Shown: positions 1-10,662 of the stretch, piece by piece
Layout of the letters: the number at the start of each line of letters is the position of its first letter
Numbering within the stretch: position 1 is the stretch's first letter
IMG/VR virus record: IMGVR_UViG_3300032320_001009
Location: 25,244 to 89,243 of that record
Source: a virus
Lineage: Duplodnaviria > Caudoviricetes
Strand: one strand, 5' to 3'
Length of the DNA stretch: 64,000 nucleotides
Notes under the pieces: model-generated
What the model was told of the DNA's origin: nothing
Databases searched by the model: none
What the model saw: the letters and a program-made list of their open reading frames with translations, nothing else
Program-made: the position numbers and the translations under genes

Positions 1-1
1 C

Positions 2-79
2 ACCAAGACTAAGGCAATGAAAGGCTGCAAGTGCCAGTGCAATACTTGCAAAGTAGCCCGTTCAGGAAAGGGTAAGTAA
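2..79 (+). CDS. 3' end of a small Cys-motif protein (truncated by window)
   Basis: Open frame TKTKAMKGCKCQCNTCKVARSGKGK*; stop overlaps the next ATG (TAATG). Confidence 0.55.
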   Translation, partial: TKTKAMKGCKCQCNTCKVARSGKGK

Positions 80-342
80 TGGCAAAGCCACTTCCTTACA
101 ATAAGAAGAACGACACAAAGCAAGACCGTCAGACAACTAAAGGCTTGGACAAAGAAGAAAAAGCCAAGTTTGAGAAGATGGACAAGAAGCACCGTAAGCC
201 AAAGAACCAGGCAGATGACCGTCGTATGGACGAAGCCAATGTTCGTAAAATCAAGGCTATGGATAAGCGTCATGAAGCCCGTGAGGGTAAGAAGGGCGAA
301 AAGGCTGAGGACAAGAGAGAACTCAAAGCCAAAAAGAAGTAA
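79..342 (+). CDS. Small K/D/E-rich hypothetical protein
   Basis: 87-aa ORF coupled to the upstream stop and followed by a terminator. Confidence 0.7.
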   Translation: MAKPLPYNKKNDTKQDRQTTKGLDKEEKAKFEKMDKKHRKPKNQADDRRMDEANVRKIKAMDKRHEAREGKKGEKAEDKRELKAKKK

Positions 343-348
343 TGAGTT

Positions 349-383
349 AAGCCCCCGTAGTTATTACGGGGGCTTTATTCTTT
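349..383 (+). terminator. Intrinsic terminator
   Basis: Stem AAGCCCCCGTA/TACGGGGGCTT, 5-nt loop, T-rich tail. Confidence 0.8.
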
Positions 384-457
384 AAGCAGTAATTGACATG
401 CGGTCTTTTACTGCTTTATTTGCTGATTGTTTTGCCTAGCCCTAGGGGGTCTTACCC

Positions 458-649
458 ATGTCTACACCATGGTACGAGCAGATTAGTGATATTCACTCTG
501 CTAATGAGCGTGATGAATTCGTCAAGGGAATGTACGGTATTCGACCAAATAGTCAGCACACTTTCTTAGTTGGATTGCTTGCTGGATATTTCGGAACCAA
601 GTACGCAACCAAAGCGATATTTAAGAAGTCACGCTATGACAGCCGTTGA
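458..649 (+). CDS. Small hypothetical protein with one hydrophobic segment
   Basis: 63 aa, FLVGLLAGYFG segment. Confidence 0.55.
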   Translation: MSTPWYEQISDIHSANERDEFVKGMYGIRPNSQHTFLVGLLAGYFGTKYATKAIFKKSRYDSR

Positions 650-953
650 TTTCCGCCAGGTATTACATCAAGCAGCAACTGACACAGCGAAGGTAATGAC
701 TTCGCAACTCCGTAGTGAGTGCATCGCAAGTGGATGGCCTCCACAGGTTGCAAACAAGATGAAGGTCAAGTATTCAGGCAACAAATTAGTTGTGGACATT
801 CCTGCATCAATAAAGACAGAAGCCGACAATCTTGAGTACGGCAGCCCATCTATTCAACTAACTGCTGCAATTCGACGTTTTGGAAACCGCCCAGAAATGG
901 GTGAAAGTTTCCTATTGAAACGAGCAGCACAACTTATGAAGGGCAAACTATGA
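636..953 (+). CDS. Putative neck/tail-completion protein
   Basis: Start re-called at ATG 636 (MTAVDF); LEYG motif; position upstream of the sheath. Confidence 0.5.
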   Translation: MTAVDFRQVLHQAATDTAKVMTSQLRSECIASGWPPQVANKMKVKYSGNKLVVDIPASIKTEADNLEYGSPSIQLTAAIRRFGNRPEMGESFLLKRAAQLMKGKL

Positions 954-1609
954 CACTAGGCCCGCTATTTTTATCTGAAGACGCTGCTCTAAAAGAACTT
1001 CTCAAAGGCATCGTGGTTACTGACCAACGAGCAAATGCTGAAGGCGAAAACCGTCCTGTGAAGGTGTGGTTTGGTATGCCTGACCAAGAACTCAGAGACC
1101 AGACTTACCCATACATCACTATTGACATGATTGATGTTGCTGAAGACCGTGCTCGTGCAACCCGTGGATTTTTAGATGGAACTTACGATAGTGCATACCT
1201 TCGCCCATCTAACGCAACTGCTGGATTGAAGATAGACACACCCATTCCAATCTACATTGATTATCAAATTACAACGTATGCTCGTAACCCACGGCATGAC
1301 CGACAGATTTTGAGTGACCTCTTGTTTACAAGACTGCCACTCAGATTTGGTGCATTACTTCCAGCCGACGACACAGTTCGTCGTTTGGATGTGTTAGATG
1401 TAGCCAAACGCGACACAGTTGAACAGGCAAAGCGTCTGTTCATCAATGCAATAACAGTGCGTGTTTCAAGTGAAATGCCACTTACCCAATATAAAGAACT
1501 CTACAAGGTGCAAACAGTAATAACTTCGGGACCCCCTCTTCTTCGTCGTGGTGGCGAATTTGTGGGTGTCGATAGGTTCACAATTACGCAACAAACAGGT
1601 CAAAACTAA
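950..1609 (+). CDS. Putative tail terminator/completion protein
   Basis: YPYITID and DYQITTYAR motifs; directly precedes the sheath gene. Confidence 0.6.
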   Translation: MTLGPLFLSEDAALKELLKGIVVTDQRANAEGENRPVKVWFGMPDQELRDQTYPYITIDMIDVAEDRARATRGFLDGTYDSAYLRPSNATAGLKIDTPIPIYIDYQITTYARNPRHDRQILSDLLFTRLPLRFGALLPADDTVRRLDVLDVAKRDTVEQAKRLFINAITVRVSSEMPLTQYKELYKVQTVITSGPPLLRRGGEFVGVDRFTITQQTGQN

Positions 1610-1631
1610 AAACTAGGTTAGGAGAAAAAAC

Positions 1632-3155
1632 ATGGCAGTTTATAACCGCCCAGGTATTTACGTAAGTGAACGCCTATTAACTGCACCTATTGCTGCAGTT
1701 GGTACTTCTACCGCAGCAGGAGCAGTCGCTGCTCCTTTTGCGAGTGGACCAACTACAACAACATTGGTGTCATCTTGGTACGAGTTTTCCAAGATTTTTG
1801 GAGGCTACAACGCCTCTTTTCCAGCAACTTTTGAAGTTGCAGCGTTCTTCCAAAACGGTGGACGTGAGTTATATGTAAAGCGCATTATCGCAGCAGATGC
1901 AATTGCAGCAGTTGTTGCAATTGGTCGTGCTTCTGGAGTAGGAAGCACTATCGAAGTAACAGCAAAGAACAAGGGCGCAGATGGTAACAACCTACGTGTC
2001 CGTTTGACAGCAGGTAATGCTGGAGCAGGTTACTACGACTTTGCTGTATACCGAGAAGGTGTAGCAGGAACAGCCGCTGATAACACTAACGACGTTCTTC
2101 TTGAGTCATACGAAAACATTGTTACAAACAGTGCTTCTTCTACTGACTACATCATGACCGTTGTTAACATGGTGTCACAGTATGTAACAGTTAACGTTAC
2201 AGACCTTGTGAATGCACCAAATGTGACATCAGTTTACCCACTTACAGGTGGTTCAAACGGTTCAGCAGTTGCAATAACAGATTATCAATCAGCAACCCAA
2301 GGCGTTGTTGCAGCGTTTAGCACTATCGACCGACCATTGGTTATTTTTATGCCAGCACTGGACGTTATCATCGGAGCAAACAACGCTAACACCTTCTATC
2401 TTGATGTAATTGGTTTTGCTGCAGCAGATGCAAAGCACTTCGTTGTAGCACAACCACAAGCAGACCGCACTGTTGCCCAGGCTCTTACAATGGCAACTGC
2501 AATTGCTGGCTCAAGCCATGCTGCTGTCTACTACCCTCACTACTTCATCACTGACCCAGTTGGTCGTTCCGCAAGTGCAATCCGTAAGATTGGACCTTCA
2601 GGAGCAGTTGCTGGTCTTTACATGAACACCGATGCTACAACTGGTCCTTTCAAGGCTCCAGCAGGTATTGGAACAACTGTTCAAGGTGCTATTGCAGTAG
2701 AGAAGGTATTTACTTCAACAGAATTAGATAGCCTTAACGGTGCTTCTGCTCCAGTAAATGCTATTCGTCAGATTCCAGGTGCAGGTATCTCAGTAATGGG
2801 TGCTCGTACTTTGAAGCAAGATGGAACAGCAAACAAGTATGTAAACATGCGTCGCTCACTTATTTACTTACGTAAGAAGATAAGCGACCTCACTCAATTT
2901 GCACTATTCGAGAATAACGATGAGAAGTTGTGGGAACGTATTGACGCAGTTCTCGTCTCATTCTTGAATGAATACCGCAATCAAGGCGGTCTTCGTGGTG
3001 CAACTCCAGCAGACGCTTTCTTTGTAAAGTGCGATGCTGAAAATAACCCAGACAACCTGATTGCTCAAGGACAAGTTAACATCGAAGTTGGAGTTGCTCT
3101 GCAATATCCAGCCGAGTTTGTAATCATCACCTTAAGCCAGAAGACAGTAAACTAA
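1632..3155 (+). CDS. Contractile tail sheath protein
   Basis: N-term RPGIYV, FFQNGG, FKAPAG, YVNMRR, FENNDEKLW, EVGVALQYPAEF. Confidence 0.95.
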   Translation: MAVYNRPGIYVSERLLTAPIAAVGTSTAAGAVAAPFASGPTTTTLVSSWYEFSKIFGGYNASFPATFEVAAFFQNGGRELYVKRIIAADAIAAVVAIGRASGVGSTIEVTAKNKGADGNNLRVRLTAGNAGAGYYDFAVYREGVAGTAADNTNDVLLESYENIVTNSASSTDYIMTVVNMVSQYVTVNVTDLVNAPNVTSVYPLTGGSNGSAVAITDYQSATQGVVAAFSTIDRPLVIFMPALDVIIGANNANTFYLDVIGFAAADAKHFVVAQPQADRTVAQALTMATAIAGSSHAAVYYPHYFITDPVGRSASAIRKIGPSGAVAGLYMNTDATTGPFKAPAGIGTTVQGAIAVEKVFTSTELDSLNGASAPVNAIRQIPGAGISVMGARTLKQDGTANKYVNMRRSLIYLRKKISDLTQFALFENNDEKLWERIDAVLVSFLNEYRNQGGLRGATPADAFFVKCDAENNPDNLIAQGQVNIEVGVALQYPAEFVIITLSQKTVN

Positions 3156-3169
3156 GAAAGAAGGCATAA

Positions 3170-3829
3170 ATGGCTGACATCGTTTATCAGAATCGGTCGA
3201 CTCTTGTAACCGACCCGATTCGCAATTTTAGGTTCCTTGTTTCGTTTGCTGCAACCGATACAACCAGTTCATCTATAGGTGTTGCAACAGCAACCCTAGG
3301 ATTTACTTCTGTATCAGGCTTGGCAGTGACAACAGACTCGATTCCTTACCGTGAAGGTGGATTCAACACCACTGTTCACCAAATTCCAGGACAGACCTCA
3401 TTCCAACCAATCACACTACAAAATGGCGTGGTTATTGGAAAGAGCCAGAAGTGGGACTGGATGCGTAATATGTTTGCAACCGTACAAGGCGGAGCACAAC
3501 GAACACTTACAGCAGGATTCCGTTGCGATGTAACTATCAAAGTTCTCGCACACCCTGTCCCATTGCTAAGTGCAGCAGAAAAAGCAGGAACAGCAGATGT
3601 TGCAATGCAGTTCAAGGTGTATAACGCCTGGCCTACTGCTGTGGCATACTCTGACCTAAACGCTGGTGACAACTCTCTATTCGTAGAGCAGATGACTCTA
3701 GTACACGAAGGTTTTGACGCTTCATGGGCTAAGTGGTCCGCTGATGGCAAGACATTCACACCTGCTGGCACAATTGGTGCTGCAGGAGCAGCACCTGCTG
3801 CTGCTACTGGTGGAGCAACACCAGTCTAA
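3170..3829 (+). CDS. Tail tube protein (T4 gp19-like)
   Basis: DPIRNFRF, GFTSVSGL, YREGG, AWPT..YSDLNA; follows the sheath. Confidence 0.92.
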   Translation: MADIVYQNRSTLVTDPIRNFRFLVSFAATDTTSSSIGVATATLGFTSVSGLAVTTDSIPYREGGFNTTVHQIPGQTSFQPITLQNGVVIGKSQKWDWMRNMFATVQGGAQRTLTAGFRCDVTIKVLAHPVPLLSAAEKAGTADVAMQFKVYNAWPTAVAYSDLNAGDNSLFVEQMTLVHEGFDASWAKWSADGKTFTPAGTIGAAGAAPAAATGGATPV

Positions 3830-3853
3830 ACACTTACAGAATAGGAACATAAA

Positions 3854-4675
3854 TTGAGTACACAAACAGATATAACTGTTAAAGGGTCTGAAAATCCAGA
3901 ACTAATTAATAGCATGGTTGCACAGGCTTTGGCTAACGATAAAACGGAAGTCAAGCCAGTCACCATCATGCCTCCTTCTGACACAGTAGTGACCCTCCCT
4001 GGCGGATATTTAACATTCGCTGGGGAGGTTGTCAAAGAGGTAGAAGTACGTGAACTAAACGGTAAGGATGAAGAAGCAATTGCTCGTTCTACTAGCGTAG
4101 GAAAGGCACTGCTTCTAATCCTAAACCGTGGAGTAGTTCGTATTGGTGAAGAAAAAGCCACAGACTCCATGATTGATTCGCTTCTTGCGGGTGACCGTGA
4201 CTACCTAATGATTGCTATTTATAAGGCAACCTTTGGTAACGAGGCTATTCTTCAAGGAATTTGCGGGGAATGTAACGAGATTAAAGATGTCAAGATAAAC
4301 CTTGACACAGACATCAAGGTTCGTCCTATGGCAAATGCTTTAGAGCGTAAATTTACTGTGGATTGCAAGGTAGGTCCTGTAGAGATTGCTCTTCCAACAG
4401 GGCATACTCAAAAGGATTTGGTCAACAACTCTGACAAGACTGTTGCTGAATTGACCACTATTTTGCTAGAAAATTGTGTCAACACAATTGATGGCAATGA
4501 TGTGCTTGGAAAAGCACAGGTTCAAAATCTCGGGCTCAGTGACCGTAAGGCTATTGCAGAAGAGATTAACAGACGAAATTTTGGTCCACTATTCGATAAT
4601 GTCGCAGTCACATGTCCCGACTGTGAGAGCGAGGTAATCGTTCCCATTAATCTGGGCACGTTATTTCGTATCTAG
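3854..4675 (+). CDS. Tail/baseplate-hub assembly chaperone (T4 gp26-like)
   Basis: Two CxxC motifs (CGEC, CPDC), GDRDYL; between tube and tape measure. Confidence 0.75.
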   Translation: MSTQTDITVKGSENPELINSMVAQALANDKTEVKPVTIMPPSDTVVTLPGGYLTFAGEVVKEVEVRELNGKDEEAIARSTSVGKALLLILNRGVVRIGEEKATDSMIDSLLAGDRDYLMIAIYKATFGNEAILQGICGECNEIKDVKINLDTDIKVRPMANALERKFTVDCKVGPVEIALPTGHTQKDLVNNSDKTVAELTTILLENCVNTIDGNDVLGKAQVQNLGLSDRKAIAEEINRRNFGPLFDNVAVTCPDCESEVIVPINLGTLFRI

Positions 4676-4814
4676 TACAACCGACTATTCGTCTTTGTTG
4701 GCGGAGTATCTGGCACTGTCAGACCGTCATCAAGGATGGACACTTACTGAGATAAAGACGTTATCAGTAAGAGAACGTCGAAATTGGATTGAACTCGTTC
4801 GAGAAGGCTATTAG
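4665..4814 (+). CDS. Chaperone C-terminal extension (gp51/GT-like), no ATG; possibly reached by +1 frameshift
   Basis: Open +1 frame ...EYLALSDRHQGWTLTEIKTLSVRERRNWIE...; not in the ORF track. Confidence 0.6.
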   Translation, partial: FVSSTTDYSSLLAEYLALSDRHQGWTLTEIKTLSVRERRNWIELVREGY

Positions 4815-4824
4815 GAGATGACAA

Positions 4825-7473
4825 GTGGCAGGTGAAGTTAACGACTCGTTGGCGCAAACCAACAAAGAGTTAGACGACATTGTAAAAAAACTTGCTGGCA
4901 TTGAAAAGTCACTTAAATCAATAGGTGGCGGTGCTAGTAAGGTTCCTGGTGCTGTCCGTGGGGCTACAAAAGGTGGTGGCGATAGAGGTATAACTGCTGG
5001 TTCAACTAGCATGATGCCTCAAATGGAGAAGGTTTCTTTCTCCGAAAATGTTGACACAGACATTGTTGGTCGCAGCAAAGAGACCTATAGCCGTCTCGGA
5101 TTAGGAAAGTTCACCCCCAGCGACAGGATGCTTGGAGTTGCTCAAGGAGCAACGCAGATAGGCATGGGCCTTATTGGTGGTGCGATGATGGGTTCCCCTA
5201 GCGCAAACTCAGTACTGTCAAGTTCTGCAAATTACTTTGGAGCATCTTTACGTTCAAGTGGTTTGGGCTATCAGCAAATTACTGCTATGACCATGAAAGG
5301 TCTTGGTAATTTAGGAATTACTGGCGAACAATCTCCAGGAGCAACTGCAGCAATGCTTGCTGCTCGTGGTGTTATGCCAGGGTCTTCTCAATACAACACC
5401 TTGCTTCGTGAAATTGGCGGTGCTGCTCGTGGCTATAACATGGCTAACGAGAATGCAGCCCTTGCTCTTTCGGGATTAACACAAGGCCCTATGAGTGCTC
5501 GTTTGTATGGCGCAGGTATTAGTACATATAACGCACAAACACAACAGTTCCGTGGTGGAACTGAGGTATTCCAACAAATTTATGACCGCATGACTATGGG
5601 TCGACCAAAAGCAACTTTGCAACAAACTATGAACAGTATTCAAGGAGGGTTTTTACAGCAAACCGCTTCAGATTTAGGTATGTCAGAAGACCAAAAACAG
5701 TTGTTCTACCAGTTTGCAGTTCAAAAGGCTGGCGGAAAAGAATCAGACTTAGCAAAACTAGGTGTAGGAGATAACCCCACAACTTCTGCAAAGCGAATTG
5801 TTCAATCTGACGTAGAAACGTTGAATTCTTTTGTAAAACCTGTTCTTAAGGGGATGGAAAATGCTGCTGATATTGTAGAGGGAGCAAATAGGCAACTTCA
5901 AAGGTTTGCAGACCAACTTGGTTACGTAAGTGGCTTAATGGGAGGTCTTGGACAAAGCCGTGTAGGTGGCGGTTTAGGGGCTATGGTTGGAAGTTTTATA
6001 GGCGGTGCTGGGACCATTCTTTCAGGATTAGGTTTAAAAAGTTTGTTCTCAAAAGGCAAAGGTGCACCAGCAGCGACTGGTCCCGCTGCATCAAATGTTG
6101 CTAAAGCAAGTAAATTAACAGGGTTTTTAAAGTTCTTAAAGTTTTCTCCTTTAATTGGCGTAGGTGCTGGTGGTTCTTTCACAGTTGACCCAGAAACTGG
6201 GGAAAAAACACCAAGCAAATCTGGATTGCAAGAACTTATGGAGTGGCTAGAAAGTCGCGGTGGTTCAGGTGGAAGCACCAATACTCCTATGGGTGGTTCA
6301 TTCGGCGGTGGAACACCAGGTGGCTCTAATGCAATTGCTCCGATTATGGGTGGAATTGTAGGAACTCCTTATGGCGCAAAAGGAAAGATGTGGAAGGGCT
6401 CTCACACAGGTGATGACTACCCAACTCCAATTGGTACACCTGTAGTTGCAGCCATGGATGGAATTGTTTATAACGATAACCCTGGTCAGGCATACGGAAA
6501 AACCGTACAGATTGACCACGGCAATGGGTATCAAACTTTGTACGGTCACTTATCAGAGGTCATGGCATCTGTTGGTCAGTCAGTTAAAAAGGGACAGACA
6601 ATTGGTAAATCAGGTGACACAGGAAACGTAGATGGTCCTCACTTACACTTTGAAGTACGTCGCGGTAAGAACAACCCTGTAAATCCAAAAGAACTTGTAG
6701 GCAGTTCTTCTTTAGGAAACGGCCTTGTAGGTGGAGCGTCTTTAAGCGTAGAAACAGAAGGGCTCAAGAGTTCTGAAGTACAACTATCTAAGTTATTTGG
6801 CTCAGGTTCAACTAACGCTCTTTTAAAAGCAGGTGTAACAACTGGCGGTTCTTCCTCAGTTGGCTCTGCAAGTGCTGGAGGAACATCAAGGGTTATTCTC
6901 GGCACAGGTAGCGAAAAAGAGTGGGCTACAGGTCTACTACAAAAAATGGGTGCACCTGTTAATGAAAGTTCTATTGCTGCTCTTACAACGTGGATGCGTC
7001 ATGAAGGCGGTCACTGGAAAAATAGCGCAAGTTACAACCCGCTAAATACAACTCTTGACATGAGTAACAATGAGTCAATGAACAGCGTGGGCGTTAAACG
7101 CTACAAGTCTTGGGAAGAAGGTTACGCTGCAACTATCGGTACTCTTACTGGAAATAAAGCAGATGAGCGTGGATACACAGCAATTGTAAATGCTTTGAAG
7201 AGTGGTGCATCTACTGAATCTATTCTTGGAGCAATTAACAACTCTGCTTGGATGACGGGAAAAACAGGAAAAAACCCTTACAAATTCCAAGGTGGACCCG
7301 CAAGTCTTAGTGTTGCAACTCCGTCAGTAAACAGCGGTGGTGGCAGTGGTGCAACTGTCATTATTAATGCCACATTTGGAAAAGCGACAGAGGCAGAGGC
7401 ATACCAACTTGTTCGACTTGTTAAGTCAGAACTCGAAAAAGACTCTTCTCTTAGAACGATGGGTAGGTCATAA
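4825..7473 (+). CDS. Tape measure protein with M23 peptidase and lysozyme-like domain
   Basis: GTG start; HTGDD, YGHL and GPHLHFEVR (M23); later WMRHEGG..YNPLNTT..GVKRY. Confidence 0.85.
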   Translation: MAGEVNDSLAQTNKELDDIVKKLAGIEKSLKSIGGGASKVPGAVRGATKGGGDRGITAGSTSMMPQMEKVSFSENVDTDIVGRSKETYSRLGLGKFTPSDRMLGVAQGATQIGMGLIGGAMMGSPSANSVLSSSANYFGASLRSSGLGYQQITAMTMKGLGNLGITGEQSPGATAAMLAARGVMPGSSQYNTLLREIGGAARGYNMANENAALALSGLTQGPMSARLYGAGISTYNAQTQQFRGGTEVFQQIYDRMTMGRPKATLQQTMNSIQGGFLQQTASDLGMSEDQKQLFYQFAVQKAGGKESDLAKLGVGDNPTTSAKRIVQSDVETLNSFVKPVLKGMENAADIVEGANRQLQRFADQLGYVSGLMGGLGQSRVGGGLGAMVGSFIGGAGTILSGLGLKSLFSKGKGAPAATGPAASNVAKASKLTGFLKFLKFSPLIGVGAGGSFTVDPETGEKTPSKSGLQELMEWLESRGGSGGSTNTPMGGSFGGGTPGGSNAIAPIMGGIVGTPYGAKGKMWKGSHTGDDYPTPIGTPVVAAMDGIVYNDNPGQAYGKTVQIDHGNGYQTLYGHLSEVMASVGQSVKKGQTIGKSGDTGNVDGPHLHFEVRRGKNNPVNPKELVGSSSLGNGLVGGASLSVETEGLKSSEVQLSKLFGSGSTNALLKAGVTTGGSSSVGSASAGGTSRVILGTGSEKEWATGLLQKMGAPVNESSIAALTTWMRHEGGHWKNSASYNPLNTTLDMSNNESMNSVGVKRYKSWEEGYAATIGTLTGNKADERGYTAIVNALKSGASTESILGAINNSAWMTGKTGKNPYKFQGGPASLSVATPSVNSGGGSGATVIINATFGKATEAEAYQLVRLVKSELEKDSSLRTMGRS

Positions 7474-8732
7474 TGCCTGGCAAAATCCAAGTTAAATATG
7501 ACCTTGCACTTAAAGACTACAAATACGCTGAAGAGCAACGCCGTTTCTTTAAGAAAAGGGTAGAAACAACTAAAGATAGCGTTCAAGATATTGAAGCAAA
7601 GGTTGCTAAAAACGCAAAAGACTTAAAGTCTGCTAATACCGCCTACAAAAAAGCAGGAGATGCCCTAATTGCAGACCCTAGTAATGCAACTAAAAAAGCA
7701 GCATATAAGACCGCTCAACTTAAAGTACAAGATTTAGAACAACAAAAGGGAGCACTAAGTTCAAGACTTAATGTTGCTAAAAGTTCTTTGTCTTCATACA
7801 ACAGTGTTCTATCAAAACTTACTGACATCACAAATAAAACCAGCAACGGTCTTCTTGACACTGGTGGTAATAACAACACAAATGGGGAAAACGCTTCTGG
7901 TGGACCTACTACAATTGCAAAGTATTACTACAATGCCCCAGCAGCAAAGAGTATTTACTTCTCTAGTTCAACAGGCAACTCTCTTCAAACAAGCCTGACA
8001 AAAGCACAAAAAACTTTACCAACAACCATGTTAAACGCTTTAAGTGATGCTTTTAAAAGCCCTAATGGAAATCGTGGAGCAATTCAGATGTACTCTGAAA
8101 CTGCAAAGCACCTTAAAACAAGGTTTAAAGACGTTAAGCAGGTAACGTATCAAGACCTTAACCCTTATGGATTTAGGTTTCACTACAACCCAACAAGCGT
8201 GAGCCTTACCTACGGCTCTATGGATAAAATGTCTCCTGAACTTATGCGAGATGAAATGCAGGTGTTTAACCCTGTTACTCCTATTAACGTGGGTGGTGTT
8301 AGTTTTGAACTGTATTTAAATCGTATTGATGACCTTTCATTTATTCAGTCTAACGGAACTTTGTCTTTAGGTGGAACAACATTTGGGTCTACAGACTTAT
8401 ACCCAGAAGAAGTAGATGCAACACAACTAAAAGAGATTTATCGCAAAGGAACGATGTATGACCTTGAGTATTTGTTCCGTGCACTTCACGGTGGTCAAAA
8501 TGATTACAACAGCATTATGCGAGGCAAAACTTCTGACATAGGTTGGATTGCTCGTGTTCCAGTTGAAGTTCACTTAGGAGATGGGCTTCGTTATTTATTA
8601 TCGCTTAATAGCATCGGAGTTAACCATATTTTGTTTAACGATAGAATGGTTCCAATGTTGACTGTAATAACTATTTCAGGTTCAAGGTTTTTTGACATGC
8701 CACTGCCTAAGAAGAAGGAGAATAGGGATTGA
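7473..8732 (+). CDS. Baseplate/tube-initiator-like protein with N-terminal coiled coil
   Basis: GFRFHYNPTS motif, follows the TMP. Confidence 0.55.
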   Translation: MPGKIQVKYDLALKDYKYAEEQRRFFKKRVETTKDSVQDIEAKVAKNAKDLKSANTAYKKAGDALIADPSNATKKAAYKTAQLKVQDLEQQKGALSSRLNVAKSSLSSYNSVLSKLTDITNKTSNGLLDTGGNNNTNGENASGGPTTIAKYYYNAPAAKSIYFSSSTGNSLQTSLTKAQKTLPTTMLNALSDAFKSPNGNRGAIQMYSETAKHLKTRFKDVKQVTYQDLNPYGFRFHYNPTSVSLTYGSMDKMSPELMRDEMQVFNPVTPINVGGVSFELYLNRIDDLSFIQSNGTLSLGGTTFGSTDLYPEEVDATQLKEIYRKGTMYDLEYLFRALHGGQNDYNSIMRGKTSDIGWIARVPVEVHLGDGLRYLLSLNSIGVNHILFNDRMVPMLTVITISGSRFFDMPLPKKKENRD

Positions 8733-9007
8733 TTTTTTTAGATAGCAGATATGCAGATGGAACAATTTTTAAAGCGTATAACACTACTAAACTGCAATAC
8801 GACCTTACTGTTCTTCGTAAGTTTCCAGACGTGTTAACCCCCGTTGTTTACTATCAATGGGTAGAGGGAGACCGTATCGATAGGGTTTCTGCTAAATACT
8901 TTGCTGACCCAGAGTATTGGTGGCAAATTATGGATGCTAACCCTGAAATCTCTAACCCATTTGAAATTGCCCCTGGAACAGTTCTGAGGATACCAAATGT
9001 CTCTTAA
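8729..9007 (+). CDS. LysM/gpX-like baseplate protein
   Basis: EGDRIDRVSAKYF..EYWWQIMDANP..GTVLRIP. Confidence 0.85.
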   Translation: MIFLDSRYADGTIFKAYNTTKLQYDLTVLRKFPDVLTPVVYYQWVEGDRIDRVSAKYFADPEYWWQIMDANPEISNPFEIAPGTVLRIPNVS

Positions 9008-10259
9008 TAATCTTCCAGAAGGAGAACAGTCGCGGTTTAATACCACGTACTCTGTTTCATTTCCTGAGTTTCCTACATTTAAGTATCAGCCATACAAAAT
9101 CACTATCATTCAAGAAGAACGTAGTCATGATATTGCTGTGCTTCGATTCCAGAGACAAACTAACTGGTATCACAAAGCACTAAAGACGGGAACTTTGGTC
9201 AAAATTACTTGGCAAAATAATAGAAAAGCCAAAGGTTCGTTTTATGGACACGTAATTTCTTACAAAAGAACTCGTGCTGCTCAAGTAGACCATGAAATTG
9301 AGATTCGCTGTGTTGCTGCCTCTTTTCCTCTTAAAGACAGTGTGGCTAATACTTGGGTAAATAAAACAGTTCCAGAAATTGTTCAAAGCATTGCAAAAAA
9401 AGTAAAAATGAAAGCAATAGTAACTCCGCATCAGGGAAGATTTGCTCAAATATCTCAATACGGCATGTCCTATTGGGAATTCTTACATGAATTAGCCTAC
9501 AAAGTTGGTTATGTGGTTTGGGTGGAAAACACTACTATTTACTTTAAGTCTTTTGATGAGATTATTCAAAAGAATGTTGGAGCAATTCCTCTTTTAAAGT
9601 TTTCAGACGACTTTATTCCACCCTTTCACTCACTTGTTGAAAGAACGCTAGACAAATTTGAACCAATGATTAGTGACTTTGTAGAAGACTCAGACCAACC
9701 AATTCGTTCTGGTAAAACCTTGACGGGTGTAGACCCCATCACAGGAAAGTCATACTCTTCAGTTAACAAAGCAACAAAAAGCATCAAGAAAACTGCTGCC
9801 CAAGTAATTTTTACAGACAACTCTAGCCTTGATGTTGCAAATAGTAAGTCTTTTGCGGATTCCCTTACTAAAGCAAAAGCAGAAAAAACGCGGTTTCAAA
9901 TGCCAGCCAGTTTTTACGCTCAAGGTGACCCACGTATTCGCCCCTTTAATCTTGTGGAGATTCTAGGCGTAGACTCAACCACAGATGGCTATTGGTTAGT
10001 CAGGTCTGTCGTTCATACCATGACTAAAGATGGGCATTACTTTGCAGATGGAGTCGTAGTAAGCGATGGGCGTGGTGAAACGGTTTCTTTGCAAAAACGT
10101 GCCAAAGGAAACGCCATGATGCCCGCACTCAACCTTACAAACTTTGGAAACGGCGATAACCTGTCACTTCCCGCAAAACCTACTCCGTCAAAAAATGTAT
10201 TTATGTACAACGAGACCCAAAGTGGGTACACGATAACTAACCAGACTTGGAAGGTTTAA
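8997..10259 (+). CDS. Baseplate hub (gpD/gp27/VgrG-like)
   Basis: QYGMSYWEFL..LA, GDPRIRP, GYWLVRSVVH. Confidence 0.75.
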   Translation: MSLNNLPEGEQSRFNTTYSVSFPEFPTFKYQPYKITIIQEERSHDIAVLRFQRQTNWYHKALKTGTLVKITWQNNRKAKGSFYGHVISYKRTRAAQVDHEIEIRCVAASFPLKDSVANTWVNKTVPEIVQSIAKKVKMKAIVTPHQGRFAQISQYGMSYWEFLHELAYKVGYVVWVENTTIYFKSFDEIIQKNVGAIPLLKFSDDFIPPFHSLVERTLDKFEPMISDFVEDSDQPIRSGKTLTGVDPITGKSYSSVNKATKSIKKTAAQVIFTDNSSLDVANSKSFADSLTKAKAEKTRFQMPASFYAQGDPRIRPFNLVEILGVDSTTDGYWLVRSVVHTMTKDGHYFADGVVVSDGRGETVSLQKRAKGNAMMPALNLTNFGNGDNLSLPAKPTPSKNVFMYNETQSGYTITNQTWKV

Positions 10260-10260
10260 C

Positions 10261-10662
10261 ATGGCTGAAGTCGCTATCTCTCTTCCGTTTGCATTAAACG
10301 CTTACGGCTCAATCAACTTCACTACATCCCAGTCTAAACTTTGGTCTGACCGTGTTCTTTCTGTTATTGGTACGTTGGTAGGAGAAAGAGTGATGGACCC
10401 TACTTTTGGGACAGAGATTCCAGAAAGCCTGTTTAACTCTACAGAACGAATGCAAGAAGTCATTCCAGTAGAGGTTCAAAAGGCATTTTCAACATACCTA
10501 CCAGCATTAACTTTGGTAGACACTATAATTAACACTGACCCAACCAATGGAAGCGTTTATCTTGACATTGTGTACGGGTTACCAAATGACGAACAAACTA
10601 ACACTGTAGTAGCACTGGTGGCTATTGCAGGTAAAAACCCACCAGTTGAGGAGTACCTATAA
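10261..10662 (+). CDS. Baseplate wedge gp25/gpW-like
   Basis: GERVMDPTFG motif. Confidence 0.9.
   Translation: MAEVAISLPFALNAYGSINFTTSQSKLWSDRVLSVIGTLVGERVMDPTFGTEIPESLFNSTERMQEVIPVEVQKAFSTYLPALTLVDTIINTDPTNGSVYLDIVYGLPNDEQTNTVVALVAIAGKNPPVEEYL

Noticed and set aside
393-425. TTGACA -35 box before the tail operon
   Set aside because: No convincing TAnnnT at 16-18 nt spacing.
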